A stretch of 62,613 nucleotides of DNA from the NCBI GenBank assembly GCA_022821445.1, contig JAJEDQ010000130.1:1-62613 (forward strand), in the 5' to 3' direction. Origin of the DNA: Acidimicrobiia bacterium. GTDB taxonomy: Bacteria; Actinomycetota; Acidimicrobiia; Acidimicrobiales; Bin134. The notes under the pieces are model-generated. The model was not told the DNA's origin. It did not search any database and saw only the letters and a program-made list of their open reading frames with translations. Within the stretch, counting starts at the first letter, position 1. Every line of letters begins with the position of its first letter. This document shows positions 1 to 8,775 of this stretch, piece after piece. The translations under genes were made by a program, and so were the position numbers.

Positions 1-258
1 AAAGCCCAACCCGCCCAAACAGGCGACACAACCCACCACAGAGTCCGACACGACCGAATCGACAAACCAGGAACCGCCACCCTGCGCCACAACGGCAAAC
101 TCCACCACATCGGCATCGGCCGAGCCCACAAACACACCCCCGTCACCCTCCTCGCCGCCAGCCTCGACACCCGCGTCATCGACACCCAAACCGGAGAACT
201 CCTCCGACACCTCACCCTCAACCCCAACACCGACTACCAACCCCGAAACAAACCCTGA
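1..258 (+). CDS. IS481-family transposase, C-terminal fragment (runs off window start)
   Basis: Frame 1 reads ...HHRVRHDRIDKPGTATLRHNGKLHHIGIGRAH...TGELLRHLTLNPNTDYQP*, the typical actinobacterial IS481 tail. Not in the ORF track. Confidence 0.85.
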   Translation, partial: KAQPAQTGDTTHHRVRHDRIDKPGTATLRHNGKLHHIGIGRAHKHTPVTLLAASLDTRVIDTQTGELLRHLTLNPNTDYQPRNKP

Positions 259-308
259 AAACCCGCCCCGCGCAGGTTCACAACGTTCCGATGTCTCGCG
301 ACATCACA
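1..308 (+). mobile_element. IS481-family insertion sequence, right end (partial)
   Basis: Transposase C-terminus followed by a terminal sequence ...GTTCCGATGTCTCGCGACATCACA ending in ACA at 308 (TGT...ACA ends are typical of IS481). Confidence 0.8.
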
Positions 309-312
309 GTTG

Positions 313-386
313 TGGAGCTGATGGGACTCGAACCCACGACCCCCTGCTTGCAAAGCAGGTGCTCTAGCCAGCTGAGCTACAGCCCC
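313..386 (-). tRNA. tRNA-Ala(TGC), CCA not encoded
   Basis: Reverse complement GGGGCTGTAGCTCAGCTGGCTAGAGCACCTGCTTTGCAAGCAGGGGGTCGTGGGTTCGAGTCCCATCAGCTCCA; cloverleaf, G3:U70. Confidence 0.97.
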
Positions 387-480
387 GGACCTCTCAATCG
401 TACCGGCCTCCCTGTTGGGGGAACGATCTAATACCCCGCTCAATGTGACCGGCTGGCGCTGTCGTGGTGGAATTGCCCCG

Positions 481-1605
481 GTGCGTTTCGATCTGAGCGA
501 CGATCAGGAGTTCTTCCGGGAAACCGCACGACGATTCATCGAAGCCGAGGTTCCGATCAGCGTGGTGCGGGAGTGGCACGACCACCCCGACGGCTACCCG
601 CAGAGCTGGTGGCAGGCTGCGGCTGAGTTGGGCTGGACGTCGCTGATGGTGCCCGAGTCGCTGGGCGGCGGCAGCATCTCCGGCCGCCCGATCGTGGACC
701 TCACGATAGTGGCCGACGAGATGGGCCGGGGGGTCACACCCGGGCCGTTCATGCCCACCAACGTGGTGGCCGACACCTTGGGCCGGTCGGGATCGCCCGA
801 CCAGCAGGCGCTGCTCGAGGGGGTTGTGGCCGGCGAGGTGGTGCTGGGGTGGGCGTTCTGCGAGCCCGGCGGCGACTGGACTGCCGACAGCGTAACCGCG
901 GCGGCCGTTCCGTCGAACGGCGGCCACGCGCTCACCGGCACCAAGGTGGGGGTAGAGGCTGGCGCGCAGGCCCACCATCTGCTGGTCACCGCCCGCACCC
1001 AAGACGGATTGGCCCAGTTCTTGGTGCCAGCCGATGCTCCGGGGCTGACCATCACCCCCCAGGAGTCGCTGGACTTGGGCCGCCGATTCGCCGAGGTGCG
1101 CCTCGTCGGAGTGCCTGTCGACCCCGAAGCCATGGTGGGGACACCGGGCACTGCCACCGAGGCCGACGTGGAGCGCCAGCGCCAGGTGATGGTGGTGCTC
1201 CAGTGCGCCGACAACGCCGGGTCGGCGGCCAAGGTGCTGGAGTTCACCGTTCAGTACGCCTTCGACCGCTACTCGTTTGGGCGGCCCCTGGCGTCGTACC
1301 AGGCCCTCAAGCACCGCTTCGCCGACATGAAGCTGTGGTCGGAGGCCTCCCAGGCCGCGGTGGACGGCGCGGCCGACGCGCTGGCCGACGGAGAGGACGA
1401 GGTTCGCATGATGAGCGTGGCCAAGTCGTATGTGGGCGACCACTCGGTGGAGCTCATGCACGACTGCGTGCAGATGCACGGCGGCATCGGCGTCACCTAC
1501 GAGCACGACCTGCACCTGTATCTGCGGCGGGCCACCGTGAACCGGGGGTTGTTCGGAACGCCGGGCGACCACCGGGTATGCCTGTCGAAGATGATGGGGT
1601 ACTAG
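481..1605 (+). CDS. Acyl-CoA dehydrogenase, FadE27-like (probable non-catalytic subunit of an a2b2 ACAD)
   Basis: FGRPLASYQALKHRFAD and QMHGGIGVTYEHDLHLYLRRA motifs; GTG start at 481 (RFDLSDDQ) preferred over 415. Confidence 0.88.
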   Translation: MRFDLSDDQEFFRETARRFIEAEVPISVVREWHDHPDGYPQSWWQAAAELGWTSLMVPESLGGGSISGRPIVDLTIVADEMGRGVTPGPFMPTNVVADTLGRSGSPDQQALLEGVVAGEVVLGWAFCEPGGDWTADSVTAAAVPSNGGHALTGTKVGVEAGAQAHHLLVTARTQDGLAQFLVPADAPGLTITPQESLDLGRRFAEVRLVGVPVDPEAMVGTPGTATEADVERQRQVMVVLQCADNAGSAAKVLEFTVQYAFDRYSFGRPLASYQALKHRFADMKLWSEASQAAVDGAADALADGEDEVRMMSVAKSYVGDHSVELMHDCVQMHGGIGVTYEHDLHLYLRRATVNRGLFGTPGDHRVCLSKMMGY

Positions 1606-1672
1606 TGTGCCAGCGCCTGCATCTGAGGATGACCGCGGCTGGTCGGGTCTGTCGGAGATGATGGGGTACTAG
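1582..1672 (+). repeat. 24-bp direct repeat of the ACAD 3' end (1582-1605 and 1649-1672)
   Basis: CTGTCGAAGATGATGGGGTACTAG versus CTGTCGGAGATGATGGGGTACTAG, 1 mismatch. Confidence 0.9.
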
Positions 1673-1680
1673 GGGGAGCG

Positions 1681-2934
1681 ATGGACGACTTTGTGTATGC
1701 CGATACCGATCCCGCCGAGTTGGCCCGATACCGGGAGGAGGTGCAGGCGTGGATGAACGAGAACATGCCCCGTCGCGATCCCGTCAATCCCTGGCACCCC
1801 ACCCAGGACGATGACGAGAGGAGCAGCCGCAATCGAGAGCTTCAGCGGCGGCTTTACGACGGGGGGTACGCCGCGGTGTGCTACCCCAGGGAGTACGGCG
1901 GCCAGAGCCTGACCGCTGCCCACCAGAAGATCATCGACGACGTGAGCATGGACTTCGACATGCCCATCTTGTTCAGTGTGCCCACCCTGTCGATCTGCGG
2001 GCCGGTGGTCTTGGAGTTCGGCACCGAGGAGCAGAAGCAGCGCTACATCCCGGCGTGGATCCGAGGCGACGAGCTGTGGGTGCAGTTCATTTCCGAGCCC
2101 AGCGGGGGCTCCGACATGGCCGGTGCCCTGACCCGGGCCGACCGGGACGGCGAGGAGTTCATCATCAACGGCTCGAAGATTTGGAGCACATTCGCCCAGC
2201 GCTCCGACTACGCCCTCATGCTGGCCCGCACCAACTGGGAGGTGCCCAAGCATCGGGGACTGACCATGTTCATCGTCCCCATCCACCATCCCGGCATCGA
2301 GATCCATCCCATTCAGATGGTGGACCGCTCCGAGGAGTTCTGCCAGGAGTTCTTCAACGACGTGGTCATCCCCGCCGAGAACGTGGTGGGCGAGGTGGAC
2401 GACGGGTGGACGGTGGCCAGCCGATTGCTATTCCACGAGCGGGCCGCGGTGGGCAACGCCTCCCCCTATACCCAGGGCCGCCACCGGAACCGCACCGCCG
2501 ACGGGGTGGAGGATTTGGCCGCCATCGCCCGGGACCACGGCGGCGCCGACATCGGCCGCCACCGCCAGCGGCTGGGATATATGGAGACGCTCAGCCGGGT
2601 GGAGGAACTGCTGTCGGCCCGGGTGGTGAGGGGCATCGAGGGCGGTTTTCTACCCGCGCCAGCCGGATCGCTGGTGCGCCTGTTCCACGGGCTGTCCCGC
2701 ACTGAGCGCCAGACGGTGGCCATGGAGGTGCAGGGCGACCGCGCCCTGGTGTGGAACGAAGGCGAGGATACTGGCGCCTTCGGTACGGAGTACGTGCAGC
2801 GCCAGCAGGCCTGCATCGGCGGCGGCACCACCGAGATGGCCCGCAACATCATCAGCGAACGCATCCTCGGCATGCCCCGCGAACCCGCCGCCGACCGCGA
2901 CCTCCCCTTCAACCAGGTCCCCCGCAGCGGCTAG
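1681..2934 (+). CDS. Acyl-CoA dehydrogenase, FadE26/29-like (probable catalytic subunit)
   Basis: WVQFISEPSGGSDMA, INGSKIWST, KHRGLTMF and IGGGTTEMARNIISERILGMP motifs. Confidence 0.9.
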   Translation: MDDFVYADTDPAELARYREEVQAWMNENMPRRDPVNPWHPTQDDDERSSRNRELQRRLYDGGYAAVCYPREYGGQSLTAAHQKIIDDVSMDFDMPILFSVPTLSICGPVVLEFGTEEQKQRYIPAWIRGDELWVQFISEPSGGSDMAGALTRADRDGEEFIINGSKIWSTFAQRSDYALMLARTNWEVPKHRGLTMFIVPIHHPGIEIHPIQMVDRSEEFCQEFFNDVVIPAENVVGEVDDGWTVASRLLFHERAAVGNASPYTQGRHRNRTADGVEDLAAIARDHGGADIGRHRQRLGYMETLSRVEELLSARVVRGIEGGFLPAPAGSLVRLFHGLSRTERQTVAMEVQGDRALVWNEGEDTGAFGTEYVQRQQACIGGGTTEMARNIISERILGMPREPAADRDLPFNQVPRSG

Positions 2935-2954
2935 CCGCCGCTTCAACTGCGGCG

Positions 2955-3842
2955 CTACGACGCGAGGGGGCGGCCGAAGAGGAGGGTTTCCTGCCAGGTG
3001 GAGAGGAAGCTCTCGGCCCGGTAGGCGGCGGCGAGGAACAGGCCGTCGGGGTGGTCGGCGATCTCCTCTAGGGAAGCGGTGATCTTGGCGGCGGCGTCGG
3101 CGGCGATGGCCTCGGGAGAGGAGTCGCCGGAGGGCCACCAGGCGAACAGGGCGCCTGCGGTGGAGATGAAGTCGGGGACCACGCTGGTGCCGGCTCGGCT
3201 CAGAATGGCCAGGGCCCGGGCGGTGACCGGGATCGGGCTGTAGGGCACGAGGGTGCACACTTGGAGCTGTTCAGCCATGGTGTGATTGATGGCTCCCATC
3301 TTGGAGCCGGCGAACAGCACGTCGGCTTGGCCGTTCATTTCCACCATCGTGGCGCCCCGATCCTCAACCGCGGCTTTCAGGGCGTCGCAGATCGGTCCCG
3401 TGCCCTCGATGGCCGCGGTGCGGCCGTCCAATCCGCCACTGGCCTGAGCGGCAGCGGCCACCACTCCGGCGACGGTCGCCTGGTCGGCCACATCGCCCAC
3501 CGCCGCTCGGGGATCGGCTTCGGCCAGTGATTCCAGCGCCGCCCTCGGCACCCGGGTTCCCGGCTCGGGCAGGAATCGGCCCGAGGCCACCATGGGGGCG
3601 ATCTCGGCGGTGAACTTGGCCACCGCGTCGGCCCGGTCGTCGTCGAGGGCGTTGATACCCGCCGAAGCTCCGCTGCGGCGCATCTCGAAGGTGGCGAAGG
3701 CGTAGGTGAGCGACCGGGCCAGGTCGCTGGCCCCGCCGGGCAGAATCTTGCGGGCCGAACGGACGAAGCCCACGGACTCGGGCGCGTCGGCCAGATCGAA
3801 GACGATGAAAGCGTCGACCGTTTCGAGTTTCTCAGTGGGCAT
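2955..3842 (-). CDS. Glu/Leu/Phe/Val dehydrogenase-fold protein, degenerate active site
   Basis: LARSLTYAFA..SGASAGIN aligns to GDH LAxxMTWK..GGAKGG; LDGRTAAIEGTG and VVPDFISTAG resemble GDH domain II. Confidence 0.6.
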   Translation of the reverse strand: MPTEKLETVDAFIVFDLADAPESVGFVRSARKILPGGASDLARSLTYAFATFEMRRSGASAGINALDDDRADAVAKFTAEIAPMVASGRFLPEPGTRVPRAALESLAEADPRAAVGDVADQATVAGVVAAAAQASGGLDGRTAAIEGTGPICDALKAAVEDRGATMVEMNGQADVLFAGSKMGAINHTMAEQLQVCTLVPYSPIPVTARALAILSRAGTSVVPDFISTAGALFAWWPSGDSSPEAIAADAAAKITASLEEIADHPDGLFLAAAYRAESFLSTWQETLLFGRPLAS

Positions 3843-4063
3843 TATTCGGACGGCTCGCCCTCACCGCCGTCCATTCCGGCCACGATCTCCTTCACCCGCA
3901 CCTCGGCGTCGTTGATCCGCCCCCGGCACACCCGGATGAGCTCCGCGGCCCGCTCCACCTTCACCGCCAGCACGTCGATGTCGATGTCCTCGGCCTCCAG
4001 CTCGCTGAGGATCTGTTGGAGTTCGCTCAGGGCATCGGCGTAGCCGATCTCTGGTGTGCTCAT
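3842..4063 (-). CDS. xseB: Exodeoxyribonuclease VII small subunit
   Basis: YADALSELQQILSELE..IDIDVL..VERAAELIRVCR; directly downstream of xseA. Confidence 0.92.
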   Translation of the reverse strand: MSTPEIGYADALSELQQILSELEAEDIDIDVLAVKVERAAELIRVCRGRINDAEVRVKEIVAGMDGGEGEPSE

Positions 4064-4076
4064 CTTCTCGTTCTCC

Positions 4077-5489
4077 TCATTGCCGCTCAGAAACGGTGCT
4101 GTGCAGTTCGCCCTCGGCCACGGTGGTTACCAGCTCATCACCGGCGGCCAGCGCCGCCGGGTCGCGCACAACTTTGCCGCTATGGCGGGTTATCGACCAA
4201 CCACGGGCCAAGATTTTCCGAGGATCGAGCAAGCGCACCCGGCTTTCCAGGTTGGCCAGCTCCTTGGCTGCGGCTCTCGGCCCCCGCTGGGCCTGGACCG
4301 CCACCCCCGACTTCTTCTGCTGCAACGTGCGCCGTCCTTCGACGATGGCCGCCGCAGCCCGGTGGCGCATGGTTCCCGCACAGTCGTCCACTTTGCGGGT
4401 CTCGCTTCGGGTCCGGGTCTCGGCCAGCGCTCGGATCCGCCCCGCCCGGCCTTCCAACCGGCTGCTGGCGCAATGCAGATGGCCCTCGGCGGCCCGGACA
4501 GTGGTCTGGCTCACCGTCGTCAGTCGCCGGTCGGCGTTATCGGCAAGCCGCTGGGCCCATTCGGCAATTGCCGCCCAGGCCAGCTCGGTTGCCTCCATAT
4601 GGGCCCGAGCGGCACCGACGATGAACACCGCTGCCGCCGTAGGCGTTTTCTGGGCCTCGTGGGCCACCTCGTCGATGATGGTCCGGTCGATTTCGTGGCC
4701 CACCCCGGTTACCACCGGCACGGGGGCATCGGCAACGGCTCGGGCCACCACCTCGCTGTCGAAGGCCACCAGATCGGTGCGGGCCCCGCCGCCTCTTACC
4801 ACCGCGATCATATCCACCCCGGTTCGGCCCACGGCGGCAATGGCCGCGGCGATGAGCGGGGGAGCGTCCACCCCCTGCACCGGGGTGTCGGCCAGCACCA
4901 CCTCCCAGGTCAGGCCGCTGTTCTCCAGCTCGTTGTGGAAGTCGTGGTGGGCGGCGCTCCCGTTGGAGGTGACCAGCCCAATCCGCAGCGGGGCCACCGG
5001 GAAGGGGACGGCCTGGTTCTTGGCCAACAGTCCCTCGTCGCTCAGCTTCTCCAACAACCGCAGCCGCTCGGCCTCCAGCTCGCCCAGTGTGAAGTTGGGG
5101 TCGATGCCCGACATGTAAAGCTGGAGCCGGCCCCCCGGGGGCCAGAAGTCCAGCTTGCCCTGGATGCGGACCTTCATCCCGTCTTCCATGGCCATGCCGC
5201 CCTGGCGGCGCAGCGTGTCCTCCACCCGCTCGCGGTTGAATCGGAAAAGCGCCACCGAAATTGACGCCTCGGGTTGTTTGCCCGCGCTGTTGCTCGGGTC
5301 GGGCTCGACCAAGTCAAAGTACATGTGCCCGCTACGGGCCCGGCTCAGATTGCGGATCTCGCCCTCCACCCACAGCTCGTCGCCGAAGGCGTCGCCCAGC
5401 ACCTGCTTGATCCGCTCGGCCAATTCGGCGACGGTGAACGTGGCCGGTCCGGCGACGGCGCCCGGCTCAGCCGAGTCGAACAGGCTCAT
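4077..5489 (-). CDS. xseA: Exodeoxyribonuclease VII large subunit
   Basis: WVEGEI..SGHMYF, RGGG, TGVGHEID, TPTAAA and LARGWSI motifs. Confidence 0.96.
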   Translation of the reverse strand: MSLFDSAEPGAVAGPATFTVAELAERIKQVLGDAFGDELWVEGEIRNLSRARSGHMYFDLVEPDPSNSAGKQPEASISVALFRFNRERVEDTLRRQGGMAMEDGMKVRIQGKLDFWPPGGRLQLYMSGIDPNFTLGELEAERLRLLEKLSDEGLLAKNQAVPFPVAPLRIGLVTSNGSAAHHDFHNELENSGLTWEVVLADTPVQGVDAPPLIAAAIAAVGRTGVDMIAVVRGGGARTDLVAFDSEVVARAVADAPVPVVTGVGHEIDRTIIDEVAHEAQKTPTAAAVFIVGAARAHMEATELAWAAIAEWAQRLADNADRRLTTVSQTTVRAAEGHLHCASSRLEGRAGRIRALAETRTRSETRKVDDCAGTMRHRAAAAIVEGRRTLQQKKSGVAVQAQRGPRAAAKELANLESRVRLLDPRKILARGWSITRHSGKVVRDPAALAAGDELVTTVAEGELHSTVSERQ

Positions 5490-7360
5490 AACGCGCTCCC
5501 CGCGGGAGACCGCTGCTCGTTGCGCAGCAAGGTGCGATAAAGCTCGGCATAAAGACCGTCGGCGGTCAGCAGATCATCGTGGCGCCCCGACTCCACCAGC
5601 TCTCCCCGGTCGAGCACCAGGATCAAATCGGCGTTGGTGACGGTGGACAGCCGATGGGCGATCACCACCGCGGTCCGTCCCTCCAGCGCGATACCCAAGG
5701 CCTGTTGAACCAGCGCCTCGTTCTCGCTGTCGAGGTGGCTGGTGGCCTCGTCCAGCACCACGATGGCCGGGTCTTTGAGCAGCACCCGGGCAATGGCCAG
5801 CCGCTGCTTCTCACCGCCCGACAGCCGGTAGCCCCGCTCGCCCACCACGGTGTTGTAGCCCTCGGGCAACGAGGCAATGAGGTTGTGGATGTGGGCCGAG
5901 CGGCAGGCTGATTCCATCTCCGCCGCGGTGGCGTCGGGCCGCACATAGCGCAGGTTGTCGGCCACCGTCTCGTGGAACAGATGGGGATCTTGGGGGACCA
6001 CTCCGATTGAAGCCCGCAGTGACTCCTGGGCCACATTCCGCACGTCGGTGCCGTCTATCAGCACCGCGCCATCGTCCACGTCGTAGAGACGGGTCAACAG
6101 GGCGGCCAACGTGGTTTTGCCCGCCCCCGATGGCCCCACCAGCGCCACCAACTGGCCTGGTTCGATCACCGCTGACACATGCCGCAGCACCGGTTGGCCG
6201 GTGGCCTCCGGTGCGGCGGTGTCGGTTTGCAGCGAGGCCAGCCGGTCGTCGCTAGGCGGATAGGTGAAGGTCACCTCGGCCAGCTCGATTCGCCCCTTGG
6301 GCTGTTGCAGCGTGACCGCGTTGGGCCGGTCGGCGATGGGATTGGGCGTGTCCAGCACCTCGAACACCCGCTCGAACGACACCAGCGCGGTCATCACGTC
6401 CACCCGGGCGTTGGTCAAGCTGGTGAGAGGGGTGTAGATCCGCACCACCATGAGCCCCATGGCGGCCAGGGTCCCAACGGTGATTGCCCCGGAGATCACC
6501 AATTGGCCGCCCACCCAGTACAACATGGCGGCCCCCACCGCCCCCACCAGGCTCAAGGCGATGAAGAACGTCCGCCCGTACATGGCGCTGCGCACCCCGA
6601 TGTCGCGCACTCGCCCGGCAGTGGCGCCAAATCCGTCGCGCTCTTGGTTGTGGCGTCCGAACAGCTTCACCAACAGCGCTCCCGACACGTTGAGCTTCTC
6701 GGTCATCACCGTGTTCATGGAAGCGTTGTGCTCCATCGACTCTCGGGTGAGGGCTTGGAGCCTCCTACCCACCCGCTTGGTGGGCAAGATGAACACCGGC
6801 AACAGGGCCAGTGCCATCAGCGTGAGCCGCCACTCCAGCAAGAACATGGCTACCAGCGTGGTGGCCAGCACGATGGTGTTGGACACCACCGACCCCAGCG
6901 TGCCGGTGAACGCCCGCTGGGCGCCGATCACGTCGTTGTTCATCCGGCTGATGAGCGATCCGGTCTGTACCCGGGTGAAGAACGCCATCGGCATCCGCTG
7001 CACGTGGTCGTACAGGCCCACCCGCAAGTCGTAGATCAGCCCCTCGCCGATGCGGGCCGACCAGTAGCGCTCGATGAACGACAGCGCCGCCTCGCCGAAG
7101 GCAGCCAGCACGATGATGCCGGCCAGCAGGTGTACCTGGCCCCGGTCACTGTTGGCGATGGCGTCGTCGATGATCGAGCGGAACAGCAGCGGCGGAACCA
7201 GCGATAGCAGCGCCCCTAGCAAAAGCACCACCACGAAACCGATGAGCATGCCCCGGTAGGGGCGCGCGAAGCCCGCCACCCGGCGGATCGTCTGCCCGGC
7301 TATCTGCTTGCCCTTGACCCCGGTTGGATCGTGGCCGATGGCGCCGTGGGCGCCGCCCAT
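5486..7360 (-). CDS. ABC exporter, fused permease/ATP-binding (MdlB-like)
   Basis: TM domain, GPSGAGKT, LSGGEKQRLAIAR, LDEATSHLD; start approximate. Confidence 0.92.
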   Translation of the reverse strand: MGGAHGAIGHDPTGVKGKQIAGQTIRRVAGFARPYRGMLIGFVVVLLLGALLSLVPPLLFRSIIDDAIANSDRGQVHLLAGIIVLAAFGEAALSFIERYWSARIGEGLIYDLRVGLYDHVQRMPMAFFTRVQTGSLISRMNNDVIGAQRAFTGTLGSVVSNTIVLATTLVAMFLLEWRLTLMALALLPVFILPTKRVGRRLQALTRESMEHNASMNTVMTEKLNVSGALLVKLFGRHNQERDGFGATAGRVRDIGVRSAMYGRTFFIALSLVGAVGAAMLYWVGGQLVISGAITVGTLAAMGLMVVRIYTPLTSLTNARVDVMTALVSFERVFEVLDTPNPIADRPNAVTLQQPKGRIELAEVTFTYPPSDDRLASLQTDTAAPEATGQPVLRHVSAVIEPGQLVALVGPSGAGKTTLAALLTRLYDVDDGAVLIDGTDVRNVAQESLRASIGVVPQDPHLFHETVADNLRYVRPDATAAEMESACRSAHIHNLIASLPEGYNTVVGERGYRLSGGEKQRLAIARVLLKDPAIVVLDEATSHLDSENEALVQQALGIALEGRTAVVIAHRLSTVTNADLILVLDRGELVESGRHDDLLTADGLYAELYRTLLRNEQRSPAGSAL

Positions 7361-7441
7361 CGCATGCACAAACTGCACGATACGCCCCGCCAGTGACAGT
7401 CGGCTGTTCGTAGGGGGCTCGGCGGGAAATAGTGTGGCGGT

Positions 7442-8050
7442 ATGAGGGCTCGGACCCGCAAGAGGGCCCAGAGGGCAGTGGCGCTGGTGGTGGCGATCGC
7501 CATCGTGCTGGCCCTGCTGTTCTCGCTGCTGGTGGTGTTCAGCGACACCGCCGCCGCCCATGCCGAAATGCGCCGGTCGGCTCCGAACCCGGGTCAAACG
7601 GTGGGCGGTTTGGTCGACCGGGTGGAGATGGAGTTCCGAGAGCCCATACGGCCCCACCAGTCCAACGGAGTGGCGCTGCAATACCCCGACGGCACCCGCG
7701 CTCTGACGAGGATTGAGGTGAACGGCCATCTGGTGCGGGGCCGCTTCAACACGCTCACTGAGCCCGGCACATACAAGGTGATCTGGGAGCTGTTGGACGA
7801 CTCCGATGGCGATTGGGCCTCCGAGGAGTTTGAGTTCACCTACGACCCGGCCGCCGCCCCACCCGAGTGGCTCCCCCCGTCGGCCGCAGAGGGATCAGGC
7901 GGCGATGGCGGCATCGGGGCCAGCACCATCGCGCTGATAGTGATCATCCCTGTGGCCGTGGTGCTGGCCGTGTGGCTCTTCTGGCCCCGCCGCCGCGGGG
8001 CAGACCGGGCCCAGCAGCGGAGGAAGTCCCGCGCCAAGAAGCGCCGCTAG
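7442..8050 (+). CDS. CopC-like copper resistance protein with C-terminal TM anchor
   Basis: Signal peptide ending AAA|HAEMRRSAP, PGTYKVIW, C-terminal hydrophobic helix plus basic tail. Confidence 0.8.
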   Translation: MRARTRKRAQRAVALVVAIAIVLALLFSLLVVFSDTAAAHAEMRRSAPNPGQTVGGLVDRVEMEFREPIRPHQSNGVALQYPDGTRALTRIEVNGHLVRGRFNTLTEPGTYKVIWELLDDSDGDWASEEFEFTYDPAAAPPEWLPPSAAEGSGGDGGIGASTIALIVIIPVAVVLAVWLFWPRRRGADRAQQRRKSRAKKRR

Positions 8051-8051
8051 C

Positions 8052-8501
8052 TCAGCGGCGCTCCGCGAAGAAGTCTCTGAGCAGGGCGGCGGACTCGTCT
8101 CGGCCGACGCCGGCCACCACGTCGAAGCTGTGGTTGAGCCGGGGGTCGGCCCCCAGGTTGTAGAGGGTTCCGCAGGCCCCGGCCTTGGGGTCCTCGGCGG
8201 CGAACACCACCCGGCCCACCCGGGCCATCACCGCCGCGCCGGCGCACATCGGACACGGCTCCAGCGTGGTGGCCAGCACCGCACCGTCGAGGCGGGATGT
8301 GCCCTGAGCCGCGGCCGCATCCCGCAGGGCCAGGATCTCGGCGTGGGCGGTGGGATCGTTGGTGCTCAACCGCTCGTTGTGGCGGGCGGCCAGCACTTCC
8401 CCGTCGATGGCCACCGCCGCGCCGATGGGTACCTCGCCGAGTTCAGCGGCCCGGCGGGCCTCGGCCATGGCCAGCTCCATGAGCGCGCCGTCATCGATCA
8501 C
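8052..8501 (-). CDS. tadA: tRNA adenosine(34) deaminase
   Basis: EVPIGA, DPTAHAE, LEPCPMCAGA, DPKAGA; adjacent to tRNA-Ser as is common in Actinobacteria. Confidence 0.95.
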   Translation of the reverse strand: MIDDGALMELAMAEARRAAELGEVPIGAAVAIDGEVLAARHNERLSTNDPTAHAEILALRDAAAAQGTSRLDGAVLATTLEPCPMCAGAAVMARVGRVVFAAEDPKAGACGTLYNLGADPRLNHSFDVVAGVGRDESAALLRDFFAERR

Positions 8502-8555
8502 AAGGTCAGGTTATGGGATGGGAGGCCGCCCACACCGCTCACTATCCTGAAGGGC

Positions 8556-8645
8556 GGAAGGTTGCCAGAGCGGACGAATGGGGCGGCCTCGAAAGCCGTT
8601 GTGGCCTCCGGGTCACCATGGGTTCGAATCCCATACCTTCCGCCA
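8556..8645 (+). tRNA. tRNA-Ser(CGA) with encoded CCA
   Basis: GGAAGGT/ACCTTCC acceptor stem, anticodon loop CTCGAAA, long variable arm, GGTTCGAATCC. Confidence 0.97.
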
Positions 8646-8775
8646 ATAGAGTTCCCCGATTGGCCAGGAACCTCGAGGACTAATCCCAGCACTTCGCGGA
8701 TTTGCCTGAGCCTCTTCAATTCCAGGTAGTCGGACCAACACATTCATCCACATTCATCCCAAGAGAGGCAGTTTC

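Noticed and set aside
394-1572. Long antisense and alternate-frame ORFs (also 4056-5264, 10528-11613, 51160-52503, 56923-58200 and others)
   Set aside because: Shadow ORFs typical of high-GC DNA, overlapping genes with clear family motifs.
5486-7729. ORF-track N-terminal extensions (ABC to 7729, ligJ to 41533, ligK to 40350, sulfatase to 50535, Rieske to 55841, SDR to 61216)
   Set aside because: They overlap neighbouring real genes or run past the family N-terminus; downstream starts fit family N-termini, RBS or coupling.
8708-8723. Exact 16-bp match GAGCCTCTTCAATTCC with 46717-46732 as an alternative island boundary
   Set aside because: Not tied to a tRNA or gene end, lies mid-ORF at the second site, and about one such match is expected by chance in an all-against-all comparison of 62 kb.
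8498-8743. Minus-strand ORF across tRNA-Ser as an integrase remnant
   Set aside because: No recombinase motif; mostly antisense to the tRNA.
8739-8758. 10-bp tandem CACATTCATC x2 upstream of the cupin as a LysR box
   Set aside because: Shares only TTCATC with the operator and is in the wrong orientation relative to the gene.
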